This document shows positions 10,023-19,773 of a stretch of DNA of 64,000 nt, piece after piece. This DNA is from Candidatus Eiseniibacteriota bacterium. GTDB taxonomy: Bacteria > Eisenbacteria > RBG-16-71-46 > CAIMUX01 > VGJL01. The stretch's first letter is position 1, and each line of letters starts with the position of its first letter. Below the pieces are notes generated by a model. That model ran no database searches. It was not told the DNA's origin and was given only the letters and a program-made list of their open reading frames with translations. The translations under genes and the position numbers were made by a program. The stretch spans positions 128,001 to 192,000 of the forward strand of contig JBHGAY010000002.1 of NCBI GenBank assembly GCA_041946735.1. Direction: 5' to 3'.

Positions 10023-10189
10023 TGCAAAACGACGGCGATCGCGGCGCGCTGGCAGCCCCGAAGCGAGGACGGGCACCTCGATGGTGGGCGGACGGCCTGA
10101 ATGCCCCGCGAAGCCGGAATCAATCGGACACCCGGCGCCCTAAGCGCGGCGAGCCGAGGGCGCAGCAACCCAGCGAGGGGAGCAGGCCA

Positions 10190-10226
10190 AGAGAAAAGGG
10201 TGGCCGGTTTGGAGAACCGGCCACCC
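10190..10226 (-). terminator. Rho-independent terminator downstream of the lipoprotein gene
   Basis: GGGTGGCCGGTT-loop-AACCGGCCACCC stem followed on the minus strand by TTTTCTCT. Confidence 0.8.
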
Positions 10227-10363
10227 GAGAATGGAGGACACCGCCGTCCGGGGACCGGCGGAGCGCAGAGTCAGGCCAGCGAGGCGGACGGACGCTGGCC
10301 GGTCCCGGCCAGCTGCATCTCTCGCTCGCGCTCAGGCCAGGCCGGGCCAGGCTAGGCCGTCGA

Positions 10364-10996
10364 TCAGGACTGCTGGCGCGCCGCAACGAGACCGATCGGA
10401 CGGTCCACCCAGCGCACGATTTTCCAGATGTTGCCTGTCTTGGCGAAGTAGAGATCTGCCTGGTCGCCGCTGACGAGATACCGGAGGTTCTCGCCGCTCT
10501 GCGACTGCCGTGTGTCGACGTAGAGGTTGACCCCGGTCAGCTGGACCTTCTGCCAACCCGGATTCACGTCGTTGGCCGGCGTCGGCGTCCCGGCGTCGAA
10601 GCTCAGCTCGATGGTCTCGGCGATGTAGCCGTCGTGGTTCGGCTCGGACTTGCTGAACATGTTGCGGGTGGCCACCATTTCGTCGTCGAATCCCCACGAC
10701 GGCGGGATGTTGTCGTCTCCCCCGACGTCGTTGGGATCGAAGATGTACTCGAAATCGTAGGCGTCCCCGCCTTGGGAGTGGCCGAGAAGCTTCTCGTATT
10801 CATCGGGATTCATCTCGACGTACGCCTTCTTCAGGTTCTGAAGCACGTTGGTGATCGTCGTCTGCTCCAGATACCCCGTGTTGCCTCCGTCGTCCGGTTT
10901 CTTGGAGTCGGTGCTCCACGGACAGCCGGACAGGCCGAACAGCACGGGAAGGAACAGGACGATCAGAAGGAACTGAGTTGGACGTCGGATTCTCAT
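10364..10996 (-). CDS. Uncharacterised lipoprotein, possibly NTF2-like fold
   Basis: GAGGAG RBS; lipobox LSGC; acidic body with LQNLKKAY, SWGFDDE, LYF...WKIVRWVD. Confidence 0.85.
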   Translation of the reverse strand: MRIRRPTQFLLIVLFLPVLFGLSGCPWSTDSKKPDDGGNTGYLEQTTITNVLQNLKKAYVEMNPDEYEKLLGHSQGGDAYDFEYIFDPNDVGGDDNIPPSWGFDDEMVATRNMFSKSEPNHDGYIAETIELSFDAGTPTPANDVNPGWQKVQLTGVNLYVDTRQSQSGENLRYLVSGDQADLYFAKTGNIWKIVRWVDRPIGLVAARQQS

Positions 10997-11041
10997 CGGT
11001 ATCTCTCCTCGGACGCCAGTGTCACCTGTCGAAACCACTCG

Positions 11042-11070
11042 ATTCTAGCACATGGCCATGTCTGTCTCAC
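11042..11070 (-). promoter_or_regulatory. Putative extended -10 promoter for the 10364..10996 lipoprotein gene
   Basis: Minus strand GTGAGA, 17 nt, TAGAAT with a TGn extension (TGCTAGAAT). Confidence 0.45.
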
Positions 11071-11099
11071 GCCCCCGCCGCCGCCCGGATCCACCCGTC

Positions 11100-11720
11100 T
11101 CAACTTCCGAGATTCGGGTTCAAGCGGGCGTATCCCCAGGTGGGCAGATTCGGGTCGTCCCGCTTGTCCGCCCAGCGGGCGATCAGCCAGCTCAGCCCAT
11201 CCTGCTTGAAATACAACGTGCAACGTCCTTGAAAGACGATGCTGTCGGCCGTCGCCGGCCGGTAGACGAGGCGGTACCCCAGGTCCTGGTAGTAGACCAG
11301 ATCACCGGCCACGCCGGAGTCCCGGACCGTCCAGGTTAGCTGGGCCGGCATGTCGTTGCGATACAGCTCGGTCATCGCCTGGATATCGCGGCTCATCGTC
11401 CATAGGGTGTCGTCGCCCGCCGCATCGAAGGTGTCGAAGCGAAAGACGTATCCATCGGCAAGCGACTGCTGGAATCCGCTGATCACTCTCTCTTCGGTCG
11501 CCGCCTTGAGGTTCTGGAGGGCGATCCGGGTATCGGTCGGCGTCTTCCAGCTTCCCGAATCCCCGGTGGGATTCTCCGCGTCCCGCAAGTCGAAGAGGCA
11601 GCCGCTGATGGCCACGCCGGCGGCCACGACGAGCGCGCCGAAGGCGAACCCGCGGGCCATCCGGCGCCGCCGCAACGGCCACCCGCCCCGAACCACAGCG
11701 CCGCCCGTGCTCGTCCGCAT
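11100..11720 (-). CDS. Uncharacterised lipoprotein, paralogue of 10364..10996 (alternative start 11660)
   Basis: Lipobox ISGC; LQNLKAA, Y.FRFD, W, and LYFKQ...WLIARWAD align with the neighbouring gene. Confidence 0.8.
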   Translation of the reverse strand: MRTSTGGAVVRGGWPLRRRRMARGFAFGALVVAAGVAISGCLFDLRDAENPTGDSGSWKTPTDTRIALQNLKAATEERVISGFQQSLADGYVFRFDTFDAAGDDTLWTMSRDIQAMTELYRNDMPAQLTWTVRDSGVAGDLVYYQDLGYRLVYRPATADSIVFQGRCTLYFKQDGLSWLIARWADKRDDPNLPTWGYARLNPNLGS

Positions 11721-11723
11721 GGC

Positions 11724-13730
11724 CTAGAAGTCCCTCCGGATCTGCGCGGTGATCGTCCAGTAGTCGCGTTCCGTCATCGATTCGGTCTTCGCGAAGGAGC
11801 CGGTCAGATGGAACGTGTCGGAGAAATCGTGAGTCATGTCCGCGCGCACGGAGAACTCGCCGCGATCGGTGGCCGTCAGCCGGTTGCTCGCCAGGGCGCG
11901 CGTCTCACGACGCTCGAACTTCTGGCGCGCCTCGAGGCGTAGGCCCTGCCCGAGCGGGTAGGAGCTGGCGAGCGTCATCGCGTGCCTCGTCTCCCTCGTG
12001 GCCGGCTGATAGTACCGTGCGCCGTTCGGGTCGGAACGCACGTACTTTCCCGAATCGCGGAACTGGTACTCGTGCACGAATTGCATGGCGAGCCGCTCGC
12101 CGAGCCCGCTCACGAAGGTGGTCACGACGCCGTTGGTCCGCACGAGCGTGTTGTTCGACTCCTCGAAGACGTACTCCGTGTAGTCCGCTTGAATCGTGTA
12201 GCGCTGGCTGAGGTTCAGCTTTCCCCGCGTGTATCCCAGCTCGCCGGAGATACGGTAGGTCTCGGTCGTGTTGTTCTGCCCGGCGCGCGCGCCGGGAACG
12301 TTCACGAGCTGGCGCTGGCCGTAGTTGACGTTGAAGATGCCGTTCCACATCGACGACGGGCGATAGTTGAGCGAGGCGTCGGTCACGGTGCGCTTCTCGT
12401 CGCGGTCGTTGGCGCGATCGTCGTAGTAATACTGCAGCAGCGTGATCTCCTCGCTCCCCTGCAGCTGGATCTTGGTGCCGAGGTTCCTCCGGACGACCCC
12501 GCGGAACTTGCGGTTCACCTGCCGGAAGCCGACCGTCTCCTGAAGCCGGTTCTTCGCTTCGTCGGAGGAGAGGGTGGCCTGGAGATCGGTGCCGGCCAGC
12601 AGCTTCACGAACTCCGGGATCTTCCACTTGGCGTCGAGCTGCCCTCTCGTCGTCAGCTTGCGGAAGTCCTTCTCCTGCATCTGATAGTCGCCGGACACCT
12701 CCCCGCGCTCGACCTCCCCCTTGAACTCGGAGCCGGTGTTCGGCTTCCAGCTGAGGCTCATCCGCGCGTTCTTGTCCCGCCCGTCCTTTCCTTCCATCGC
12801 TCCCTGGCTGTTGAACGCCTGGGTGTCCCAGTACTGGGTGAAGTCGTGGACCCAGCGGCCGGTCAGATTGCCGGTCACAGTGCTGCTCGGGGCCCAATCG
12901 ACCGCGGACTCCCAGTGCTGTGAAACGTCGTCGGAGGGGGAGTTGAGCTCGAACCGCCGTTGTCCGCTGGTGACGTCGTACTGCCGCGTGCGCGAATCGC
13001 CCGCCCGGGTCTCGCGGCGCATCGTCGTGCTCGTCCGGAACTTGCTCACGTTGCCGCTGAGAACCATCTCATAGCGGCGGTAGGAGCCGTCCACCTTGAC
13101 CGAGTCGCGGAAGGCCGTGCGCCGGCTCATGTTTCTCTCTCCGTCATAGCCGAAGCTCGCCTTCGTCGTGAGACCGAAGCCGGCCATCGGAGCGAGGAAT
13201 CGGTGCAGCATCTGCTCGGGAAGCTTGGAGGCCACGGCGAGGCCGAGGCTCGTGCGATTGTTGACCTGGTCCTGATACTTGGAGAGCTGCGATTGACGGC
13301 CGAACTGTCCGTCGACCCCGACGGTCAGCCCGCCCAACCCCTTCATCGCGTAGTCGAGCTTGAGATTCATCGTCCCGCGGCGGCCGCGGAGGTCGTTCTG
13401 CGACGTGTCGCGACGATTGTTCAGGCTCCAGTCGTTCGTTAGCGAGAGGCCGGCAACGCGCCGGTAGATGCCGAGCGACTGGTCCCAGGACCGCGAGGAT
13501 CGGTTGACGGTGTAGGTGCTCGAGTAGCTCGGGTGGAAGTCGATCCGGTCGAGGAAACGGTCGCTCGGAGCGGCGGGCCGGGCGGGCGGGGGAGCCGGTT
13601 CGGCGGGAGGCTGGGTCTGGCCGAACACCGGGTCGCCGGCCGCCATCAGGGCGAGAAGCCCCGTGCCGGCGAGGAGGTAGCGGAGTGCGGAGTGGATGGG
13701 TGAAGCCTCCCTCGAGATCCCGTCTGCCAA
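11724..13730 (-). CDS. Putative outer-membrane beta-barrel protein (~650 aa; start uncertain, 13646-13730)
   Basis: Signal-like segment LLAGTGLLALMAAG and a Pro-rich linker, then alternating amphipathic strands rich in Y/W/N/S/T; ends YWTITAQIRRDF (terminal Phe, beta-signal-like). The ORF extension to 14459 overlaps the opposite-strand kinase. Confidence 0.75.
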   Translation of the reverse strand: MADGISREASPIHSALRYLLAGTGLLALMAAGDPVFGQTQPPAEPAPPPARPAAPSDRFLDRIDFHPSYSSTYTVNRSSRSWDQSLGIYRRVAGLSLTNDWSLNNRRDTSQNDLRGRRGTMNLKLDYAMKGLGGLTVGVDGQFGRQSQLSKYQDQVNNRTSLGLAVASKLPEQMLHRFLAPMAGFGLTTKASFGYDGERNMSRRTAFRDSVKVDGSYRRYEMVLSGNVSKFRTSTTMRRETRAGDSRTRQYDVTSGQRRFELNSPSDDVSQHWESAVDWAPSSTVTGNLTGRWVHDFTQYWDTQAFNSQGAMEGKDGRDKNARMSLSWKPNTGSEFKGEVERGEVSGDYQMQEKDFRKLTTRGQLDAKWKIPEFVKLLAGTDLQATLSSDEAKNRLQETVGFRQVNRKFRGVVRRNLGTKIQLQGSEEITLLQYYYDDRANDRDEKRTVTDASLNYRPSSMWNGIFNVNYGQRQLVNVPGARAGQNNTTETYRISGELGYTRGKLNLSQRYTIQADYTEYVFEESNNTLVRTNGVVTTFVSGLGERLAMQFVHEYQFRDSGKYVRSDPNGARYYQPATRETRHAMTLASSYPLGQGLRLEARQKFERRETRALASNRLTATDRGEFSVRADMTHDFSDTFHLTGSFAKTESMTERDYWTITAQIRRDF

Positions 13731-13892
13731 GCCCGCCGTTGCCGGATCGGTCCGATGCCTGCATCCGTTTCTGGCTTCGGCCGGCAAGGCGCGGTGGTTC
13801 ACGTTACGGAGCTTTCCTCTCCCGATCAAGCCACGCTCCTCAAGGAGTTCCGGTCCCCAGCCGATGAACCCTGGGGAGTTCCCGGGGGAGCT

Positions 13893-15383
13893 ATGACACC
13901 AGAGCGAGTCCGTCTGTTCCGTCTCCGTCCCGAAAATCGACGCATTCTCGAGAACGCTCTCGACCGGCTGGGATGGCCGGGCACGTACGAGGAGCCCGGA
14001 GCGGCGGAGCATGAGGACGACGGGGCGCTCTCCTCCCGGCAGGCCGGCGACGCGGGTCGGAGCGGAGGCGGCCGCCTGGCCGATCCCCAGGGAGGCGGCA
14101 TCGAGCTGTGGGTCCGGGAGCCGGGCGGGATCGCTCCTCCCGTGTCGGACTGCCCCACGCTCTGGATCGTCGAGCGCCGCGTCGCCGGCTTCTGGCCGGC
14201 CGGCCCGGGCCCTCATGAGATGGTGCGGATGCCGGCGAGCCAGGAGGAGATCGTCCATCGCCTCCTCGCGCTTCTCCAGACGGTGAGGCGCGAGCGAACG
14301 ATCGCTCGCTACGAGAGGGAGGCCGCCCTCAATCTCGATCGCAAGCTCGGCCTGGTCCGCGCGATCGCCCACGATCTCGTCTCCCCCCTGACCGCCGTCC
14401 TGGAGTACCTGGAGCTTCTTGCGGATGGAACGTGCGGCGAGACGACAGAGCAGCAGCACGGCCTGCTCCTCGAAGCGCGCAGCGCTGCCCGGCGCGTGAT
14501 CGATCGGGTGGACGAGATGGCCGATGCGGCGCAGGCGGAAGCCGGCCGGCTGCTACGCGTGCGCCTGCGGCGGACCGACCTGCAGGAGATCCTCGACGGC
14601 CTGCAGGAATGGTCGGTCCCGCGGCTGCGCGGGAAGCGACAGCAAGTGACGATCCAGATCGAGCGCCAATGCCTGGTGGTCTGCAGCGACGCGGAGAGGG
14701 TGGAGCAGGCATTCCGGCATCTGGTCGAGAACGCCCACCGGTTCTCCCCGCCGGGGACGCGGATCTCCATCGCCGCTGGCGCGGACCCCGAGGCGATCGG
14801 GTACGCGCGGGTCACGGTCGCGGACGAAGGGCCCGGAATTCCGCCGGACCGGCGCGATCGCCTCTTCGATCCCTTCCCGCGTCGCGAGGGCACGGAGGCG
14901 TACGAGAGCGCGCGCGTCGGCGTCGGGCTCGCGATCTCCAGGGCGATCGCGGTCGCCTCCGGAGGGGAGCTGTGGATCGAGAACCCGCCGCTGGGGGGAA
15001 CGCGCGTCGCGATGCGCCTTCCGCTGTGGGGCTCGCGCGCCGCGCGAATCGCGCAAGCGCAAGCGCGCCTCGCCGGCGCGCTGGATCTTCCCGCGAGCGC
15101 CTTGGTCGGCGTCGCTCGCCGTGCGCCCGTCGCGCAGGGACCCGCCTTCGAGGGCTTCCCGTTCCGCTTGAGCCCCGGCGAGCTTCTCGTCGTCGCTCCC
15201 CGCTTCGGCTCGGGCGTCCTCGTGCTCGGGACGGTGCGGGACTTCCGGAAAGCGGGCTCGCTCGAGCGGGTCCTGTCGCCTCGCATCACGATCCACCCGA
15301 TGGAAGCGCCGGAAGCGGAAGCGCCGGAAACGCCCGAAACCCCCGAAACCCCCGAAACGCCCGAGGCGCCGATCACGACGTAA
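13893..15383 (+). CDS. Soluble sensor histidine kinase with a degenerate receiver-like N-terminus
   Basis: H-box IAHDLVSPL, N-box LVENA, G1 DEGPGIP, F-box LFDPF, G2 VGVGLAIS; GGAG RBS before ATG 13893; C-terminal ETP repeats. Confidence 0.85.
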   Translation: MTPERVRLFRLRPENRRILENALDRLGWPGTYEEPGAAEHEDDGALSSRQAGDAGRSGGGRLADPQGGGIELWVREPGGIAPPVSDCPTLWIVERRVAGFWPAGPGPHEMVRMPASQEEIVHRLLALLQTVRRERTIARYEREAALNLDRKLGLVRAIAHDLVSPLTAVLEYLELLADGTCGETTEQQHGLLLEARSAARRVIDRVDEMADAAQAEAGRLLRVRLRRTDLQEILDGLQEWSVPRLRGKRQQVTIQIERQCLVVCSDAERVEQAFRHLVENAHRFSPPGTRISIAAGADPEAIGYARVTVADEGPGIPPDRRDRLFDPFPRREGTEAYESARVGVGLAISRAIAVASGGELWIENPPLGGTRVAMRLPLWGSRAARIAQAQARLAGALDLPASALVGVARRAPVAQGPAFEGFPFRLSPGELLVVAPRFGSGVLVLGTVRDFRKAGSLERVLSPRITIHPMEAPEAEAPETPETPETPETPEAPITT

Positions 15384-15458
15384 TCGCGATCGACGCCTCC
15401 GGATCACCGCGCGTTTCGCGCCTCTCGGCGCGCGGCGCAGGGGGCCGGCGCGAGGCGG

Positions 15459-17978
15459 CTATGGCAGCCGGACGATCCTCTCCGTCCTCGTGACGGCGCC
15501 CGCTGTCACCCGGCAGAAGTAGATCCCCGACGGGGCGCGGCGCCCTGCGTCATCCCGGCCGTCCCAGAGGACCTCATGCATTCCGGCGCCTTGCTCAGAA
15601 CCCTCTCCTAGCGAGCGGACTCTCCTTCCCGAGAGATCGAGCAGATCGACCTGCACCGGCATCGGGCGGGCGATCTCGTAGTGGATCGACGTCGTCGCAT
15701 GGAACGGGTTGGGGCCCGCGGGGAAGAGCTTCAGATCGTCGAACGGGCGGATCGCCGGCTCCCCGACCGCGGTCTGGCCGGGAACGAAGAGCGTCACGTC
15801 GTCGATGTACCATCCCTCCCCCGTCGGCTCCTGCCCGCGCGTGCCGAACCGGAAACGGAAGGAGAGGATCTGCCCCGCGTACGCCTCGAGAGGGACGACG
15901 ACCGGCGTCCAGTCGAAGGATCCCGACCAGAGAGGGGTGCCGGTCACGAACGGGACGACCGTGAAGCGCCGCCAGACGTGGTCGTAGCCGCCTTCGATCG
16001 GTTGCAGCGTGAACCAGCTGGCGCCCGAGTCGGTCGAAGCCTCGAGGATGCCGCCGTCCCCGGCCGTCGAATCGTCGACCGCGTAGGCGTCCATCCAGTG
16101 CCAGAAGATCAGTCGAGACCCGTCGGGGACGCGGACGAGCGGCGATTGCAGGTAGGCGTGGATCCGGGTTCCGTACGGGCCGTCACCGGCGTCCCCGCAC
16201 TTGTACGAGGTCTGCCCGCCGTCCGTATGGTTGCGCTGCTGGCTCAGGTGCCAAGCGTCGGTGTATCCGACGGTCAGGGAATCGTGCCTCCACTCGGCCG
16301 CGCTCGGGCCCTCGAACCCCTCCTCGATCGAGGCGACGAGGTCCGATGCGAGGACGACGGAGCGGTTGGCGTTCACGCGTCCCCATCCGAAGTACATGTC
16401 CCAGCCGGGGGAATCCTCGTTGGGCGGGCCGACCTGATCCTCGGCCCCCTCCTCGAGCATCGCGCGCACCTGATGGGCGTCGAGCGAGGGCGCGGCGCTC
16501 CAGATCAAGGCGCAGATGCCGGCCGTGAGCGGTGTGGCCGACGAGGTGCCGTTGAACGTCGTCGTGTAGTTCGTGCCGCTGTAGCCGGCGACGCCGGTCC
16601 GGTCGGTCGTGGTGATCTTGACTCCCGGCGAGATCACGTCCAACTCGGCGCCGTAGTTGCTGCCCCAGAAGTTCTCGCCGTCGCAGGAGGTGTAGCTCTT
16701 GCGCTGGTCGCACGGGCTGCTCGCGCCGCACGCGATCGTCTCCGGATAGCGAGCGGGATAGTTGACGTCGTTCGCGTTGGAGTTGCCCGAAGCGAAGACC
16801 ATGATGCAGTCGAGCGCGTCGGCGTTGATGACCGCGTCGTGCACCGCGGTGAAGTCCCCCGACGACATCCGCCACGAGCAGGACATGACGAGCCCCGTGA
16901 ACTCCGCGCGCCGGCTGGCCGCATAGTTGATCGCGTCCGCGCGATTCTGGTTCATTCCGGAGCCGAGATCGACGCGCAGCGGCATGATCCGGCAATGCGG
17001 CGCGATGCCGCTGACGCCGAGGGAGTTGTCCTGGACGGCGGCGGCGATTCCCGAGCAGCACGTGCCGTGCGCGTCCTCGTCGTCGGGGCTGCCGTCGGGA
17101 CCGTTCGCGAAGTCCCAGTCCTCGCCGTTGCGGGGGAGGAAGTTGTCGCGAAGGTCCTCATGGTTCAAGTCGGCGCCCGTGTCGATCACGGCGATGATGA
17201 CGTTCGGGTCTCCCTTCGTGATGTCCCAGGCGAGCGGCGCCTCGACGTCCGCCCCTGGCGTTCCGCCTCCTTGTCCCGTGTTGTTCTCGGACCACTGCTG
17301 CGGGAAGAGCGGATCGTTCGGGATGCTCAGCGCATCGTCCCAGAGCAGATAGGACGGTTCGGCGAACAGCACCTCCGGGTCGGCGTAGAGCCCGCGAACC
17401 GCCGCGAAGACGGACAGTCCCGGAGGAAGGACGATCGTGTAATAGCCGGGCGTCCAGTGATCCTCCAGGACCGAGGCGCCGAACGCATGGATCTTCTCGA
17501 TGCACCGCTCCGGGGAGACGCCCGAGCGGTAGCGGACGGTCGCCTCTCCCTCGAGGTAGTACTTCGTGAACCCCTCGGCGTCGATCACGGCCGGGATCGC
17601 CGACGCGACGCCCACCTCGGCGCGGAGACGCGGCGCCAGGTCCGCCGGGGTCGTGGCGCGCGACACGCGATAGACGGCCGCGCGGGTCTCCGGATCGAGA
17701 GGATGGACGGGGACGAGGCCGTAGCGGTTCTCGACGATCTCGCGATCGAGACTGCTCGCCGCGCGGTCGTACCGGACGAGGATCTCCTCGGTCGATTGCC
17801 GCAGATCCCATGGCTTGCCGAAGCGTGTGTCGAACCAGCTCCCGTCGAAGGAGGCGGCGGGCGAGGCGGCCGCCACGCCGGTGAGCAGAGCAGCGACGAG
17901 CAAGGCGCGGCGTAGCGGGACGAGCGAAGACACGGAATTGGTGCGGCGGGAAGGCAGCAGGGCCCCTCGGTCGGACAT
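15459..17978 (-). CDS. Secreted S8 (subtilisin-like) serine protease with beta-sandwich domain and FlgD-Ig/T9SS-type CTD
   Basis: Catalytic motifs VIDTG, HGTCCSG, ASGN, NGTSSATP; GWYIDDV; CTD PNPF...WDGRDDAGRRAPSGIYF. Confidence 0.92.
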   Translation of the reverse strand: MSDRGALLPSRRTNSVSSLVPLRRALLVAALLTGVAAASPAASFDGSWFDTRFGKPWDLRQSTEEILVRYDRAASSLDREIVENRYGLVPVHPLDPETRAAVYRVSRATTPADLAPRLRAEVGVASAIPAVIDAEGFTKYYLEGEATVRYRSGVSPERCIEKIHAFGASVLEDHWTPGYYTIVLPPGLSVFAAVRGLYADPEVLFAEPSYLLWDDALSIPNDPLFPQQWSENNTGQGGGTPGADVEAPLAWDITKGDPNVIIAVIDTGADLNHEDLRDNFLPRNGEDWDFANGPDGSPDDEDAHGTCCSGIAAAVQDNSLGVSGIAPHCRIMPLRVDLGSGMNQNRADAINYAASRRAEFTGLVMSCSWRMSSGDFTAVHDAVINADALDCIMVFASGNSNANDVNYPARYPETIACGASSPCDQRKSYTSCDGENFWGSNYGAELDVISPGVKITTTDRTGVAGYSGTNYTTTFNGTSSATPLTAGICALIWSAAPSLDAHQVRAMLEEGAEDQVGPPNEDSPGWDMYFGWGRVNANRSVVLASDLVASIEEGFEGPSAAEWRHDSLTVGYTDAWHLSQQRNHTDGGQTSYKCGDAGDGPYGTRIHAYLQSPLVRVPDGSRLIFWHWMDAYAVDDSTAGDGGILEASTDSGASWFTLQPIEGGYDHVWRRFTVVPFVTGTPLWSGSFDWTPVVVPLEAYAGQILSFRFRFGTRGQEPTGEGWYIDDVTLFVPGQTAVGEPAIRPFDDLKLFPAGPNPFHATTSIHYEIARPMPVQVDLLDLSGRRVRSLGEGSEQGAGMHEVLWDGRDDAGRRAPSGIYFCRVTAGAVTRTERIVRLP

Positions 17979-18201
17979 CCATTCCCCCCTTTTGCCGGGT
18001 GCATCGGCGGTTTGCGCTCCCCCAGGCGAAGGAGAGCGCCGGTCAGTCCAGGACGGCCGTGGTTCCGTAGTCGTTCAATTGTAGTGGATCTCGGGACCTC
18101 CGGCAAGGAGGCGGGCCCTCGTGCGAGCCTTCGCGCGGGCCTCGTGCGGGCCTTCGCTCGTCCCACCGCCGATTCCCGGAGGCGCCGTCTCGCTGCTGCG
18201 A

Positions 18202-19773
18202 TCAGCCGAAGAGGTCGAGATCGCCCACCGATCGAGGAATCTTGCGCAGGAAGCGCCGGATCTCGGCCGGTCCCATCGAGACGAGGGCCGCTCCAGCCAG
18301 GCAGAGCAGCCCGCCGATCGCGAGCGCGGCGAGGATCGACACCATCGATCCTCCGTAGACCGGGCGCGTGAACCAGAGAAGGACGAGGGCCGGCGCGCCG
18401 CCGAGAAGCGCCTTCGGGATGGGCAGGAGCAGGTCGGCAAGCCCCGGGATCGTCGCCTCCCGCCTGCCGGCCAGCGGAATCAACAGCAGGTTCTTCAGGA
18501 GCAGCGCGATCGTGTTGCCGAGGGCGAAACCGAGAATGCCGAGCCCGGCGACGAACGCGAGGAGAAGGCTGATCGCGACGTTCGCCACGGCGACCACGAG
18601 ATCCCCGATCGCGATCCACCCGATCCGGCCGCGCCCGACCAGAGCCGCCCAGACGGGGGCGAGCGAGATCGTCAAGGCGGACGGAGCGAGCATCGCGACG
18701 AGGTAGACCGCCGAGCCGCGGTACTCCTCTCCGACCCAGTGCACGAGAAAGAGGTCCCCGAGGATCGACGGCACGAGGCAGCAGGGCACCGCGATCGCCG
18801 CCGCCATCCTCACCGCGCGGCGCACGGCGCCCCGGCTGCGCTCCTCCTCCTCGTGCGCCTCGAGCTGCGTGAAGAGCGGGGCGAGCGCGACGATCGGCGC
18901 CCAAAGGAATCCGCGGATCATCGGCTCCCAGCGCGCGCCGAGGGAGTACGCGGTCACCGACGACGGTCCGAAGAAGCGCCCGATCAGGATGTTGTCGGTC
19001 GTCGTGTAGAGGATCGCCGAGATCTGCGAGAGCAGCGCCACCCCTCCGTAGGCGAGCAGGTCGCGACGAACCTGCGGCGTGCCGGTCTGCGGCCGCGGAA
19101 AGGGAGGGCCGGCGACGCCGGCGCGGGCGGCGAGCAGCCCGAGGGCGAGGAGCACCGGCACCTCAGCGACGGCGAGTGAAGCGCCATAGACCGAGAGCGA
19201 CGGCGAGAGCAGGGAGAAAGCGATCACGAGGACCGCGAGGCGGATCCAGGGATTGAGCGCATTCAGGATCTGCATCCCGCCGAGCCTGCCGGTGGCGTAG
19301 AGCGGCACCTCGAGCGTCGCCGACGTGTTCGCGACCGTCTGCGCGAGGATGACGAGCCAGACCCCGAACGCCGCCCCGCGGGAGACCGCTTCGGACAGCC
19401 CCAGGAAGCGGCAGTACGGATAGGCGAGGAACGCCGCCCCGATCAGGATGGCGAGGTGGGCGGCGTTGCCGAGCCAGAAGCCGACCGCGTAGTGCGCGCG
19501 CGCTTCCTCGCGGCGCCCCGAGTGGACGTGCAGCGTCACGTGGCGGCGCATCGCGGCGCCGATCCCCCCGCGCATCAGGAGCAGGTACTCGAACGCGGAG
19601 CTGGTCGCCACGACCACCCCGTACAGGTCGCTGCCCAGCTTGCGGATCAGGAAGGGGGTGAGCAGGATCCCGACGAGGAGCGCCGAGGCGCGTGCGAAGA
19701 TCGCGGTCGCCGCGTTGCGCGAGGCGAGGGAGACGAGCCCGGCGGGGTTCGCCTTGCCCGCCGCCGCGCTCAC
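18202..19773 (-). CDS. Wzx/MOP-family oligosaccharide flippase
   Basis: C-terminal 523 aa of ORF 18202..23292. GTG at 19773 overlaps the upstream stop; many TM helices; LTPFLIRKLGSDLYG, TDNILIGRFFG, LVHWVGEEY. Confidence 0.85.
   Translation of the reverse strand: MSAAAGKANPAGLVSLASRNAATAIFARASALLVGILLTPFLIRKLGSDLYGVVVATSSAFEYLLLMRGGIGAAMRRHVTLHVHSGRREEARAHYAVGFWLGNAAHLAILIGAAFLAYPYCRFLGLSEAVSRGAAFGVWLVILAQTVANTSATLEVPLYATGRLGGMQILNALNPWIRLAVLVIAFSLLSPSLSVYGASLAVAEVPVLLALGLLAARAGVAGPPFPRPQTGTPQVRRDLLAYGGVALLSQISAILYTTTDNILIGRFFGPSSVTAYSLGARWEPMIRGFLWAPIVALAPLFTQLEAHEEEERSRGAVRRAVRMAAAIAVPCCLVPSILGDLFLVHWVGEEYRGSAVYLVAMLAPSALTISLAPVWAALVGRGRIGWIAIGDLVVAVANVAISLLLAFVAGLGILGFALGNTIALLLKNLLLIPLAGRREATIPGLADLLLPIPKALLGGAPALVLLWFTRPVYGGSMVSILAALAIGGLLCLAGAALVSMGPAEIRRFLRKIPRSVGDLDLFG

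Noticed and set aside
8..11209. Long plus-strand ORFs 8..1426, 3045..6332 and 7514..11209
   Set aside because: Antisense shadows of well-supported minus-strand genes, typical of high-GC DNA; no recognisable motifs.
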